Notes: generated by a model from the letters alone, not told the origin. A stretch of DNA of 64,000 nt from Candidatus Saccharimonadota bacterium (GCA_013815775.1 JACDFN010000001.1:45883-109882); one strand, 5' to 3'; numbered from the stretch's first letter, positions 17,925 to 27,410 are shown. A program made the numbers and translations.

Positions 17925-18983
17925 ATGCTTTCCTCTTTATGGCACCGAAACTCAGCCTTTAGAATTTTTTCTTTTTCAGGTTTTATTACCGCCGCCGTTT
18001 TGGTAGCTGTATTCATACTTGCAGGCCCGGCGGCATTTCTAATCGCAGTAGCGCTTATTATTATTGAAGTAACTTTCAGTTTCGATAATGCTGTCATCAA
18101 CGCCAGAGTCCTCCGAGAACTATCCCCATTTTGGCAGAAGATATTTCTAACTGTAGGAATTGCTATCGCCGTTTTCGGTATGAGGATTATTTTTCCGATA
18201 GCTATAGTTGCAATAACTACGACTCTTAATTGGAGAGAAGTACTTAACCTGTCTCTAAATGACCCCAACAAATATGCCATCGCCCTAAAAGAAGCTGAAC
18301 CTGCTATAGCCGCTTTTGGTAGCGCGTTCCTACTTATGCTAGTTTTACATTTCTTTACAAGTCGCGAAAAGAAAGTTCATTGGTTCAAATTATTAGAAAA
18401 AGGCTTGATAGCTATACCCGGAAAGTGGTCATACGCGGCCATGGTTGCATTTATTGTAGTTGTTGTTGCAGCCATGCCCAGCAACCAGCACCCTGAGCAG
18501 ACTCTTAAGGCAGGATTCGCAGGGATTGTTATATATGCAGTTATCCATTGGCTATCAACCCATTTTATGCCTCGTCTGCACCACCGGCGTATTGCTCGGA
18601 CCGGAGTGGCCGGGTTCGTAGGGTTTTTATATCTAGAAATCCTGGACGCTAGCTTCTCACTGGATAGCGTAATAGGCGCTTTTGCCCTAACCAACAAGGT
18701 TTTACTTATTGCTGCTGGTTTGGGGGTGGGAGCAATCTGGGTACGCTCAATGACTGTTTATATAACCCGTCGGGAGACCCTTAACGTATACAGATACCTA
18801 GAGCACGGTGCCCACTACGCGGTCGGCATATTGGCGCTTAGCTTGCTAATTAGTTTGTTCCTAGACATACCCGAGGTAGTTACCGGTATATTTGGAGTTA
18901 GCGTGATCGTCTTGGCCGTGCTTGAGTCTCGAAAAGCGAATAAAGAAAAAGTCTCTGAGCTGGCAGAGGAAGTCCAACTTTAG
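17925..18983 (+). CDS. DUF475/TerC-related integral membrane protein
   Basis: EVTFSFDNAVINA and ILDASFSLDSVIGAF duplicated motifs; polytopic. Confidence 0.65.
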   Translation: MLSSLWHRNSAFRIFSFSGFITAAVLVAVFILAGPAAFLIAVALIIIEVTFSFDNAVINARVLRELSPFWQKIFLTVGIAIAVFGMRIIFPIAIVAITTTLNWREVLNLSLNDPNKYAIALKEAEPAIAAFGSAFLLMLVLHFFTSREKKVHWFKLLEKGLIAIPGKWSYAAMVAFIVVVVAAMPSNQHPEQTLKAGFAGIVIYAVIHWLSTHFMPRLHHRRIARTGVAGFVGFLYLEILDASFSLDSVIGAFALTNKVLLIAAGLGVGAIWVRSMTVYITRRETLNVYRYLEHGAHYAVGILALSLLISLFLDIPEVVTGIFGVSVIVLAVLESRKANKEKVSELAEEVQL

Positions 18984-19038
18984 CGCTAAGAGCATTACGT
19001 TCATCCTTATTCATGATGACCACAGGAGTGTATAATTT

Positions 19039-20868
19039 ATGAAAACAGTAACATTTTATATGCATAGCCCCTCAAAGAAAAAAACATTTAGAAATCTAAC
19101 ATTTTCTAAAAGAATGTTAGTATTTTTTATTATCCCTTTCGGAGTTGCCGGGAGCGTTGTATTGTGGTCTAGCTTTGCTCAAACGCCGAGCATAGCGCTC
19201 TATCTAAATCCAGCTTCGCAAACAGTTAGCGTGGGTAACAACTTCGATGTCCAGGTAAGATTAAATATAAGTAACGACGCTCTGGTGGACCATGTTTATG
19301 TAAATTTAAGTTTCCCTACGTCGAAGTTGCAGGTCAATTCTCTTTCGTCAAGTGGTAGCGCTTTTGAGACGACCTATCAGCAATCATATAGTAACTCAAC
19401 GGGTTCAATCACATTTGAGAGGATCGAACAGCGCAGAGGGCTGACTAATGGTAGCCACTTGGTAGCAACAATAAATTTTAAGGCAATAGATGCTGGCAGC
19501 GCAGCGGTTAATATTGTTAACTCATATACTTCTCCATACAACATTACATCTACATCTGGGGGCACCTACAGCCTGTTCAACCCACCTCCCCCTCCACCGC
19601 CACCTCCCCCTCCACCGCCACCTCCACCTGCGGGTTCGCCCAAACCACCTCCGGCCCCCGCGCCAACCCCACCAACCGTTACTCAACCTCCTTTGACTTC
19701 AGCCTCCAGCCCTACTGGCGGAACAGAAATTAGAAATGTTTTGTTATCTGAAGCAAGTTACAATTCTGTAAGAATTTCTTGGCAAACAAGTGCCTCCGTT
19801 GCTACTCAGATAAAGTACGGTACAAATTTCGCTAACCTCGACAAAAGCATCATTACCAATAACTTGACCGCCACACACAGTGCCATTTTGGATAATCTTC
19901 AGCCTAATACTACCTACTTCTTTACTATCTTAGCCATTAATCGTTCCGATCAGGCTCAGCTAGACAGTAACTTTCGTATTCCGGGTATCCCCGTAAAAAT
20001 ATTAATAAAATCTTGGCTCAGTAAAGGAGTTTCAGGCAAAATAACGGTCAACAACGTTGAAACCTTATCAAACGATAAAGGAGAGGCAACGGTTGAGCTC
20101 TCCCCAGGTAACAACACTATTACCGTAAAGACCAAGAACCAAACTAAAAAGACAACCATTAACGTTAAGCAACCGGGTTCCCTTGCAAGCGCGAAACTAC
20201 AAGAAGCAACTGTAAAAATGCCTCCCTATATTCCACTTGTTCTTCTACTGCTCATCATTGGAATTTCCGGGGTATCAGTTGCCCTTTCTTATTTTGTGCT
20301 ATCTGGACGATCAAAGAAAGGTAACAGCAACAAAAGACATAAATCACCGGCTCCCCCGATAGTCAAGGATCCTGATATATCCCCCCCCAATCCCGCGCCT
20401 AAAGTTCCGTTACAAAACCCCATTTCTGGCCCGGAAAATCTGGAAGATTCTAAGAGTTCTGGACCAAGGGCAGTTCATAGCAGGAAGTCTCCATTCTCTA
20501 AGAGCTACCAATCTCCAAACCCCATTTCAGTGCCACCGGCAGCAGTGAAAAAAATTTCCTCGGGGCCTGCTCAACCATCAACACCATTGCCAGCACAGCA
20601 GCCGCCACCTCAAGCTGTAGCTGCTCAATACTATAATTCCACAAGCGAAGTAGGACCGCCGGTCGACACTCTAGCGGAAGATTCACCGGGTGAGACTGGA
20701 GGCGAAATAAAAATTTCTCACGATGACTCCCACCGTTCCACTAGCAATAATTCTAAGACCACAGCACAACCCTTGCCAAAAGGAATCGAAGAAATAACTA
20801 TCACAGAAGACGGTTCTATAGTTTCGGCAGAAGAGCCAACTTCTCCTAAATCGGTTATACAATCATGA
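19039..20868 (+). CDS. Surface protein: cohesin-like domain, poly-Pro linker, FN3-like domain, TM helix, disordered Pro-rich tail
   Basis: NPASQTVSVGNNFDVQVRLN (cohesin-like), a P16 run, SWQTS..IKYGT..LQPNTTYFFTI (FN3-like), and TM helix IPLVLLLLIIGISGVSVAL. Confidence 0.6.
   Translation: MKTVTFYMHSPSKKKTFRNLTFSKRMLVFFIIPFGVAGSVVLWSSFAQTPSIALYLNPASQTVSVGNNFDVQVRLNISNDALVDHVYVNLSFPTSKLQVNSLSSSGSAFETTYQQSYSNSTGSITFERIEQRRGLTNGSHLVATINFKAIDAGSAAVNIVNSYTSPYNITSTSGGTYSLFNPPPPPPPPPPPPPPPPAGSPKPPPAPAPTPPTVTQPPLTSASSPTGGTEIRNVLLSEASYNSVRISWQTSASVATQIKYGTNFANLDKSIITNNLTATHSAILDNLQPNTTYFFTILAINRSDQAQLDSNFRIPGIPVKILIKSWLSKGVSGKITVNNVETLSNDKGEATVELSPGNNTITVKTKNQTKKTTINVKQPGSLASAKLQEATVKMPPYIPLVLLLLIIGISGVSVALSYFVLSGRSKKGNSNKRHKSPAPPIVKDPDISPPNPAPKVPLQNPISGPENLEDSKSSGPRAVHSRKSPFSKSYQSPNPISVPPAAVKKISSGPAQPSTPLPAQQPPPQAVAAQYYNSTSEVGPPVDTLAEDSPGETGGEIKISHDDSHRSTSNNSKTTAQPLPKGIEEITITEDGSIVSAEEPTSPKSVIQS
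19582..19630 (+). repeat. 18-bp tandem repeat (CCACCTCCCCCTCCACCG, about 2.6 copies) encoding the poly-Pro linker
   Basis: Read directly: unit 1 at 19582-19599, unit 2 at 19600-19617, then a partial third copy. Confidence 0.8.
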
Positions 20869-20910
20869 AATAAGGGAGAGCTAGGGCTTAACAGCTTCGG
20901 GTAGCTAGAC

Positions 20911-21705
20911 TTAACTGCAACGAGACTTCTGCATGCTTTTGGCTGCGTCCAAAGCTGCTGTAAGTACAGGGATCCAAACTTGATAGCCCGCATCATTAGG
21001 GTGAAACTTGTCTATGGCAAACAGGAATCGGTCTTTCCTAAATGCCGGCCCGGTTTTCTCGGCAATCGGGGCACGGATAATTTCGTATTTTTTAACTAGC
21101 TTATCCACCACCTTGTTGAGACTTTCTGAGCGTGTCCCGGCGAGCGCTCGCAGCGGCTGCACTAGTCTGGGTATGGAACCCATGTCTGGCGAGCCGGTGA
21201 GAACTATTTTAGAGTCACAGTTGGCTTCAATAATTTTGTTGATTAGCTTATCAAAGTCGATCGAGACTTTCTTCAGAGAAGTTCGGCCAGTAACGTCATT
21301 TGCTCCAGCCGACACTAAAACCACATTGGGCTTAAGGGATTCGGCTTTCGGCCACTGCTTATTCAATACGTCGTTTATTCGTGCGCCTGACACCGAGAAA
21401 TTATAAAATGTGACAGTGTTTGACTTGGCCAAGTATTCTGCCGAAGACTGAGCTATGCCAGTGGTGTAGTTTCCACCTTGCCCGGCAGAGGTGCTATCTC
21501 CCAGCACTACGAAAGTCAACGGCTGGCCGCTGCCCAGCGTTTGGGCGGAGGAGTTAACCACCGGAACTTCTGTGCGTGGACCGCGAGTGGATAAATAAAT
21601 TAATAACCCCGTTGATATTGCCAGCAGTAGCAATATTGAAACAACAGCGATTGAAACTTTAGCGTAAATGTTCATTGATAGTATGAACATCATAACAAAA
21701 GTCAC
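20911..21705 (-). CDS. SGNH/GDSL-family hydrolase, membrane-anchored
   Basis: VVLGDSTSAG (block I GDS) and DKFHPND (block V DxxH). Confidence 0.75.
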   Translation of the reverse strand: MTFVMMFILSMNIYAKVSIAVVSILLLLAISTGLLIYLSTRGPRTEVPVVNSSAQTLGSGQPLTFVVLGDSTSAGQGGNYTTGIAQSSAEYLAKSNTVTFYNFSVSGARINDVLNKQWPKAESLKPNVVLVSAGANDVTGRTSLKKVSIDFDKLINKIIEANCDSKIVLTGSPDMGSIPRLVQPLRALAGTRSESLNKVVDKLVKKYEIIRAPIAEKTGPAFRKDRFLFAIDKFHPNDAGYQVWIPVLTAALDAAKSMQKSRCS

Positions 21706-21732
21706 AATTTTCCCGGCTGCTATAAATAGCTT

Positions 21733-22785
21733 CTAAGTATTGCACTGCCCAGTACCAGAATCTAGGATTTCTCCACCAGTGGCAACAAACTGCCATTTGT
21801 AGGCCTCCCCGGACAAATCTAGAGATAAAACCCCAAAGCGGTCGTCAATCATTCTCTCGCTTCCTGGATTCTTGGCGGTTTGCTTATAGAGCGATTTACC
21901 TCCAGTGCCCACAGTAAACTGGCGTATGCCGGCAGCACTGGGGGTTCCATCAGTGTTTAAAGTTGAGAATCTCTCATACAAATGGTCGTGCCCGTTTAAA
22001 ACGACATCGGCTTTATGCTGGGAAAGTAGTTCCCAGAACGGGGCAGACAGCTGGGCACTGGCCTTATCGTTGGCATACCTGCCTGAACTAAAGTGCGGGT
22101 GATGCCAAAATGCCAGAGTACAACTACTTTGGTTTTCGGTTAAATTTTGCTTTAACCATTTGTATTGATCGCTATTTTCTCCGCAGCCGCCAACTTCTTG
22201 ACAGTTTGAGTTAAGAGCAATTATGCGCCATTCACCAATGTCTAAGCTGTAATAGCCTTTGCGGTTTTCACCGGCTCTTCCGGAGGTTTGACCTTCATTA
22301 AAGTAACTAAAATAGCCGCTAGCCCAAGGGGTGTTGTATTCATGGTTGCCTGCTGCTGGGTAAGTTTTAGACTTATAGATTCCCCAGTCCTTATCGTAGG
22401 ATGCTTTAAATTTATCAAAATCCCCATCTTCGTACTGAAGGTCGCCTAATGCCAGAATTGCGTCTGGTTTTAGCGAAGCAAAGAGTGCGGCGGTTGCTTT
22501 AGATTGGCAGTGACTGGGGTCGTTAACATTTAAGTAAATACTTCCCGGGTCGCAGGCAACATCACCGGCCGCAACAATTCTTGTTAAAGAATAATCTTCT
22601 CGTGGTTCACTAATCACCACATTGTCATATATTGTGTTAGTTTTTTCCTGGGACTGATAAACCTGCCGCCCAGCAAAACCCAGAATTCCTACTAACATTA
22701 AAAACAGTAAACCTTCAAAAACCGCTAAGCCTTTTTGGTTTTTGTTCATACGTTTATTATCCATAAAAAGTATCACTATGCACAT
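21733..22785 (-). CDS. Calcineurin-like metallophosphoesterase, secreted or anchored
   Basis: GDVACD, LGDLQYEDG, GNHEY and GHDHLYER motifs in canonical order. Confidence 0.8.
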   Translation of the reverse strand: MCIVILFMDNKRMNKNQKGLAVFEGLLFLMLVGILGFAGRQVYQSQEKTNTIYDNVVISEPREDYSLTRIVAAGDVACDPGSIYLNVNDPSHCQSKATAALFASLKPDAILALGDLQYEDGDFDKFKASYDKDWGIYKSKTYPAAGNHEYNTPWASGYFSYFNEGQTSGRAGENRKGYYSLDIGEWRIIALNSNCQEVGGCGENSDQYKWLKQNLTENQSSCTLAFWHHPHFSSGRYANDKASAQLSAPFWELLSQHKADVVLNGHDHLYERFSTLNTDGTPSAAGIRQFTVGTGGKSLYKQTAKNPGSERMIDDRFGVLSLDLSGEAYKWQFVATGGEILDSGTGQCNT

Positions 22786-22850
22786 GATGCTTGAGCTTAT
22801 GAATTAATTCTAAGAAATTACGTAAGAGTAAATATTTGGAATTTATCTGC

Positions 22851-22881
22851 AAAGAAAAAGGGCCCCCCTTGCGAGGAGCCC
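22851..22881 (-). terminator. Intrinsic terminator downstream of the 139-aa gene
   Basis: Minus strand reads GGGCTCC-tcgcaagg-GGGGCCC followed by TTTTTCTTT. Confidence 0.65.
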
Positions 22882-22904
22882 TGTACTGCTTGCCGAGCGG
22901 TGGC

Positions 22905-23324
22905 TCAGCCAGAAAGGTAGAACGACACAATCCACCTGCCGCCCACGTCCTTTCGAACGAGCGGGCAGGGCGTGTCGCCCTGGACCTTGTAACCGCCTCG
23001 AAGAGTGATGCACAGCCTTCTTGGGCGGTCGTTACGCCTGAACACGATTGCGGTGTAGCAACCGCTATAGGCGTACCCGGCTACCGAGTAAAGGCTCCCT
23101 CGGTAGCGCCTTACCGGAAGCACTACGTACTTCTGGCCAATGCCTCCCTTCTTGGCCTCCATCCAGACCCACACGACTGCTTGACCGCGCTTGATCGTCT
23201 TCTTGACGGCCAAGCAGTGTGGTTCGGCGGTTGTGGAAGTGCTGGCGGCTGGTGTTGCAGCTGTGGCAACCAGTGCCAGGCAGGCACTCACCAAACCGGT
23301 CATTACGATTTTTCTCAATACCAT
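22905..23324 (-). CDS. Small secreted protein, possible lipoprotein
   Basis: Signal-like MVLRKIVMTGLVSAC with a lipobox-like LVSAC, and a terminator downstream. Preferred over the overlapping ORFs 22836..23342(+) and 23065..23361(-). Confidence 0.5.
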   Translation of the reverse strand: MVLRKIVMTGLVSACLALVATAATPAASTSTTAEPHCLAVKKTIKRGQAVVWVWMEAKKGGIGQKYVVLPVRRYRGSLYSVAGYAYSGCYTAIVFRRNDRPRRLCITLRGGYKVQGDTPCPLVRKDVGGRWIVSFYLSG

Positions 23325-23391
23325 GATTCACCCCCAAGGTGAAGTTTTTTTCGCTGGCCATCGTTAGGCAGGCGAAAGGTTTGCTGGTGAG

Positions 23392-23997
23392 CTAACCGCT
23401 AGTTGGCGGCTGTGGAGGTGGAGGCAAGGGGGGTGGCGAAATTGGTACATCCGGCACAACCCTTGGTTTCTTCGTGAGCTTCGGAGGTGGATCAGGTTTG
23501 GGCTCCAACTGAGGCGCAGGGCTCGGCGTTGTAACCACAGGTGACCTGACTACCGGCTGTGGATTGACCACAACCGGGTTGGCAGGATGTATGTGCGGTC
23601 TCGCCGCGACCGATGGGTTTTCGGTTGTCGTTACCGTGGTAGTGGGCCTTGGCTCGCCTGCCTTCTTCTCCGTAACGGCAGGCACTGGTGCTTTCCTCGG
23701 GTTCCTCGACTTTGTCTTTCCCTTCGACTTTGACCCTTTGACCCGTGGCTGAGTTACGGCCGGCTTCAAAACGGCCTTAGTGGTCGCTGTCTTGACGGGT
23801 ATGGTCGAGGTCTTGGTCGTTGTTGTGCTCTTGGCTGTTTCGGCATCTTTCGAACCGAAGTTCAGCCAGCCCAGTGAAAGGCTTAGGCCGAGCAGCAGGC
23901 ACACTAACAGTGCGCCTGCTGCTAACCATCGTGGCCAATGACTTCCAGTAGAACCAAGGCCAGCTAGCTTGCCTCGGTTTGGTGGCATTACTCTCAC
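23392..23997 (-). CDS. Membrane-anchored Pro/Thr/Lys-rich protein
   Basis: One TM helix (WLAAGALLVCLLLGLSLSLGW) followed by a low-complexity PT/K-rich ectodomain ending PPPLPPPPQPP. Confidence 0.5.
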   Translation of the reverse strand: MRVMPPNRGKLAGLGSTGSHWPRWLAAGALLVCLLLGLSLSLGWLNFGSKDAETAKSTTTTKTSTIPVKTATTKAVLKPAVTQPRVKGSKSKGKTKSRNPRKAPVPAVTEKKAGEPRPTTTVTTTENPSVAARPHIHPANPVVVNPQPVVRSPVVTTPSPAPQLEPKPDPPPKLTKKPRVVPDVPISPPPLPPPPQPPTSG

Positions 23998-24230
23998 CTC
24001 CAGTGGTGGTTAGAGCACTGCCGCAGTAGTGCCAGATTTAGGGATTCACAAAAAACTCTAATCGGTTTTGGGCATCTCTCCCTTCGGGTTGGTAAATATA
24101 CGCTGTTTAGTCCTTCTGGACAAGCAGATAAAATATATACTACTACAGAAAGTAGCAATTTTTCAAGTAAGCAAATATCGTTTTAATATTTGGAGGCAGT
24201 CTTGTGCCACGAATTCTATTAAAACGGTAC

Positions 24231-24259
24231 TTGACACCTGGAACTACAGGTTAGATAAT
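24231..24259 (+). promoter_or_regulatory. Sigma70-like promoter that would give a leaderless or near-leaderless mRNA for the Gre-like gene
   Basis: TTGACA (24231-24236), a 17-nt spacer, GATAAT (24254-24259). The ATG at 24268 lies 8 nt after the -10 element, and no Shine-Dalgarno sequence is present. Confidence 0.55.
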
Positions 24260-24267
24260 AGAGCGCT

Positions 24268-24870
24268 ATGGAACGCGGACCACAATCAATTCAGGAAACC
24301 ATTAGTGCCCGAAATGAGACTATAAGATCTAGTTTAGATGCCGGATATATTCCGATGCTAGCTTTTGAACATGAGGCTCTCCAAACAGAACTAGAGGGGT
24401 TACTCGTACATCAGGAAGAACAAGGTTCCTTGCTTAGAGTTGCAATGGAGCAATCGTCTGAAACTTGGCACGACAACGCAAACCAGGACATTATAATGAG
24501 AGAGTCGCAAACTACAGCGGCTAGGGGAATTAGGACAAACGACACTTTCCGCAGAGCCAAGGTTGTTGATTATCCGCCAGAAGGGGACGAGGTCACCATA
24601 GGTTCGATTATAGAGGTGCGTTTTGGGGAATCGTTAGAAATCGAAAATGCAATTATAACCGGCACTGCTAAAGGGTTAGATATAGCTAAAGCATTCGAAG
24701 ATGATAACGGTCCGCTCCTACCCGAGGGATGCACATCCTTTACGGTTCAAAGTCCCGCTGGATTAGCACTTCTGGGTGCTAGAACTGGGGAGGTAGTATC
24801 TTACCAAGGCCCTAAAATGCAAGTCCAGATGGAATTAGTCTCAGTAAAACAGTTAATACCTAACGATTAG
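24268..24870 (+). CDS. GreA/GreB-family (Gre-factor-like) protein
   Basis: The C-terminal FTVQSPAGLALLGARTGEVVSY matches the Gre C-terminal S-P-x-G-x-A-L-x-G motif. The N-terminal helical region contains the acidic SETWHDNA segment. Confidence 0.7.
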   Translation: MERGPQSIQETISARNETIRSSLDAGYIPMLAFEHEALQTELEGLLVHQEEQGSLLRVAMEQSSETWHDNANQDIIMRESQTTAARGIRTNDTFRRAKVVDYPPEGDEVTIGSIIEVRFGESLEIENAIITGTAKGLDIAKAFEDDNGPLLPEGCTSFTVQSPAGLALLGARTGEVVSYQGPKMQVQMELVSVKQLIPND

Positions 24871-25419
24871 TTCCTCTTCGTCTTTATTAAAAACTAATCT
24901 CTCAGACTTATCTAAATCAATTCCTATGTCTAGGTACAAATGTTTAGTGTTTTCAGAAGTGGTTTTGTGCTGATTTAAATGGAGGCTTTTAATAACAGAT
25001 TCTATCTTGGCTTTGTCGGTTGCCTCTATTTCTAGGTATGGCTTAAGTTTTGGCCAATAATCTATCGACACTGATGCACCATTAAGAATATACGACTCTC
25101 GGTAATTCTCTTGGTAAGACTTAGGCTGGAAGCCCATTTGCTCAAGGATGCTTAAGGTATTATCTGGGTCAGCTACCTCGGTCTCATATTCATGGGTTCC
25201 GTCTATTTCGGCACTGTTGATGACCTTAACAGCTAAGGTAGTTGTTGTTCCGATGGTTCTTAATCTGATCCATTTTGATTTGTCCCTGGGGTCAATATCA
25301 AAAACATAACGCATTTGCTTAGTTAGTTTCTGATCTTGTTTAGCACCAGCATCAAGCAGCAATTTTCTTAGCTGATTAGGAATGATATCGAGTACTTTTA
25401 TTTCGATTTCTTTTGCCAT
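24853..25419 (-). CDS. CYTH-domain protein (triphosphate tunnel metalloenzyme / class IV adenylate-cyclase-like)
   Basis: N-terminal EIEIK (the ExExK signature), about 180 aa, alternating beta-strand pattern with conserved charged residues. Its start lies 2 nt after the radical-SAM stop. Confidence 0.75.
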   Translation of the reverse strand: MAKEIEIKVLDIIPNQLRKLLLDAGAKQDQKLTKQMRYVFDIDPRDKSKWIRLRTIGTTTTLAVKVINSAEIDGTHEYETEVADPDNTLSILEQMGFQPKSYQENYRESYILNGASVSIDYWPKLKPYLEIEATDKAKIESVIKSLHLNQHKTTSENTKHLYLDIGIDLDKSERLVFNKDEEELIVRY

Positions 25420-25421
25420 AA

Positions 25422-26648
25422 TTACTCTTCCCGATTAATTCCTATATCTTGGGTAGCGAGATTGCCAAACTGGGAGATCATTGATTTCTTCTCAGCCTGC
25501 CTAAAGCCGGTTATTTTTGCAGGTAGCCCACTGTTTAAAAATTCATCAAGATGCATAGCTAAATCCATGCGTTGGATACACATGCCCACAAGGTACTCTC
25601 CTTCTTGATTTATATATAGCCGTAGTCCGTAAAAGCCTTCTTCACATTTACCAGCCTTGTCAATTTCGCATCCTTCACAGATGTGGTTAAATCGGGCCGG
25701 TCTTATCTGTTTGAATGATATTTCGGTGTTATTTGGTAAGCTGTAGTCGATTCGTGTATTTGAACTGCCGGCTGTTAGTTTAACTTTTGATGGTGTAGCT
25801 TCAAGTCGAGCCAGCAACTCGTAAATAGATGCAAATGAAGCATCGCCTTCATCTAAAGAATTCAATAGCTTTAGTGAAAGATGTTCAAATTCATTTACTA
25901 TACTAATAACTCTTTCTTCGTGCCCAGGCCCAGGAACCACAATGTTGGCTGAAGTATCTATGCCTAGCTCCCCTGACAGTTTTATGGAGTTCCGAAGGGA
26001 ATCAATCTTTCTTTGTGCAAACTTTTGATTCTGGAAACGGGGGTGTTGTACTTGGCTAAGTTCAAGAGCGGTAGTGCCAAAGATACTGAAGCTAACTCTT
26101 TCCAGCCCAGCTTCTGCACACTTCTCTAGCACCTTGGGGTTTTCACCGTTAGAAGTCATTCTCACTCTTAGTCCCATACTCCTGGCTAAGCCTATAATCT
26201 CTGGGATTTCTGAATGTAGGGTTGGCTCCCCGCCTGTTAAATGGACCTCTTCTATTCCCACCGCTTTGGATAAGCTGCTCAAAGCTTCATATAAGTTCTC
26301 ATCCGGTCGCATCCTGCCTGGTAAGAAATTGACACCATTATTTTCTGAAAAAATTGATACTCTACCAAGAGACCGGTAACCAGGTCGACCCTGGTTTATT
26401 GCTTCAGAGGTAACCGGGGTACCTTCGTTATGACAGAACGTGCATGTCATGCCACAAGCATCCAAAATTTTTGGCCGTAGGGATACGTCTTCGGAGATAA
26501 TTATCGGAGCCCTATTTTCTTGCAACCAGAGTTCGTGCGCTTGTTCGCTTAATATATTTGGGTTAATTTTCCAACTACCCGGGGAATAATCGGGGAAAAC
26601 TGCGAAATTGTCGCGTATATTAGATTCCTTATATAGAGGCGATTTCAT
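25422..26648 (-). CDS. MoaA-family radical-SAM enzyme (GTP 3',8-cyclase-like fold); substrate unknown
   Basis: CGMTCTFC (Cx3Cx2C) preceded by LRPKILDA, compare MoaA LRLSITDVCNFRCTYC. VHLTGGEPTLH, TSNGE and AGLERVSFSI are also present. The C-terminal Cys cluster CEGCEIDKAGKCEEG..GLRLYINQEGEYLVGMC sits where MoaA has its auxiliary cluster CxxC..RLRV..G.L..C. Confidence 0.8.
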   Translation of the reverse strand: MKSPLYKESNIRDNFAVFPDYSPGSWKINPNILSEQAHELWLQENRAPIIISEDVSLRPKILDACGMTCTFCHNEGTPVTSEAINQGRPGYRSLGRVSIFSENNGVNFLPGRMRPDENLYEALSSLSKAVGIEEVHLTGGEPTLHSEIPEIIGLARSMGLRVRMTSNGENPKVLEKCAEAGLERVSFSIFGTTALELSQVQHPRFQNQKFAQRKIDSLRNSIKLSGELGIDTSANIVVPGPGHEERVISIVNEFEHLSLKLLNSLDEGDASFASIYELLARLEATPSKVKLTAGSSNTRIDYSLPNNTEISFKQIRPARFNHICEGCEIDKAGKCEEGFYGLRLYINQEGEYLVGMCIQRMDLAMHLDEFLNSGLPAKITGFRQAEKKSMISQFGNLATQDIGINREE

Positions 26649-27243
26649 TCACTCTCTCCCTAAGGGTACCTTTACTAAATTCTTGATTAACTACGTGCAA
26701 ACTACTCACTAGATCGTCTACACTACCCTCGTTTATTACTGTAATGTCGGCTACCTTCATTAAAGCTGCAACGTCTTGTTGAGACTCATCTCCACTATTC
26801 TCTTGTCTTTCCACTTCTAGGAAATGCTCAAAACTCATGGCATCCCGGGGCTCCGCCCTAAGCAGTCTTCTTTCGTACCTAGTTCTAGCATTTCTGCAAA
26901 CCACCACCAGAACACTTCCTCCAAGGCTTTGAAGGCGGGCTGCTTCCGAGGGACTATAAATACCGCTTAATGCCAGGCGCTCTACGCTATTATTCCTCTT
27001 TAGACACTCGTCTACAAGGTAAGCGACTCCTTTAGTAGCCCTCAGAATTCTTCCGGCTTTTGTCATGTTCTCTCTGTTAAGCGGTCCCAGATCTTGCTCG
27101 GTCATCAGTTGTCTTAAAAAATCACTGCATGAAACATGCGTAAACTCAAAGTAGTCTCGAAGGATATTGCCAACGCTATCCTTGCCGCTACCACCGTTTC
27201 CACCAATGCCTACTAATTGTTGATGATGCTCTTGCATATCCAA
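26629..27243 (-). CDS. P-loop nucleotide/nucleoside-monophosphate kinase-like protein
   Basis: The Walker A IGGNGGSGKDSV has the GKD(S/T) form seen in dNMP-kinase-like families. It is about 200 aa and overlaps the radical-SAM start by 20 nt. Confidence 0.6.
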   Translation of the reverse strand: MDMQEHHQQLVGIGGNGGSGKDSVGNILRDYFEFTHVSCSDFLRQLMTEQDLGPLNRENMTKAGRILRATKGVAYLVDECLKRNNSVERLALSGIYSPSEAARLQSLGGSVLVVVCRNARTRYERRLLRAEPRDAMSFEHFLEVERQENSGDESQQDVAALMKVADITVINEGSVDDLVSSLHVVNQEFSKGTLRERVNEIASI

Positions 27244-27410
27244 GATCCCTGTCGGCTTAATTTAACAAATATTCAGATAAATCTGAGATTAATATAATAA
27301 AACGAAAAATTTACAAGTTGATTTTATAAGAAACTACTGCACTGTATTTGGTATAAGATTTCAACATACCCCTACAATGAATATTTGTAAAGACATTATT
27401 TAATGAAAGA

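Larger units (their letters stand above)
22836..24000. other. GC-rich foreign block A (approximate boundaries)
   Basis: Hand count of 37/60 G+C at 23401-23460; overlapping ORFs on both strands; sharp composition change near 22.85 and 24.0 kb. Confidence 0.6.

Noticed and set aside
19575-19640. Short direct repeats that might suggest a CRISPR array or a minisatellite.
   Set aside because: The units are contiguous with no spacers. They lie in-frame in a coding region and encode poly-Pro. No CRISPR-like repeat-spacer architecture exists anywhere in the window.
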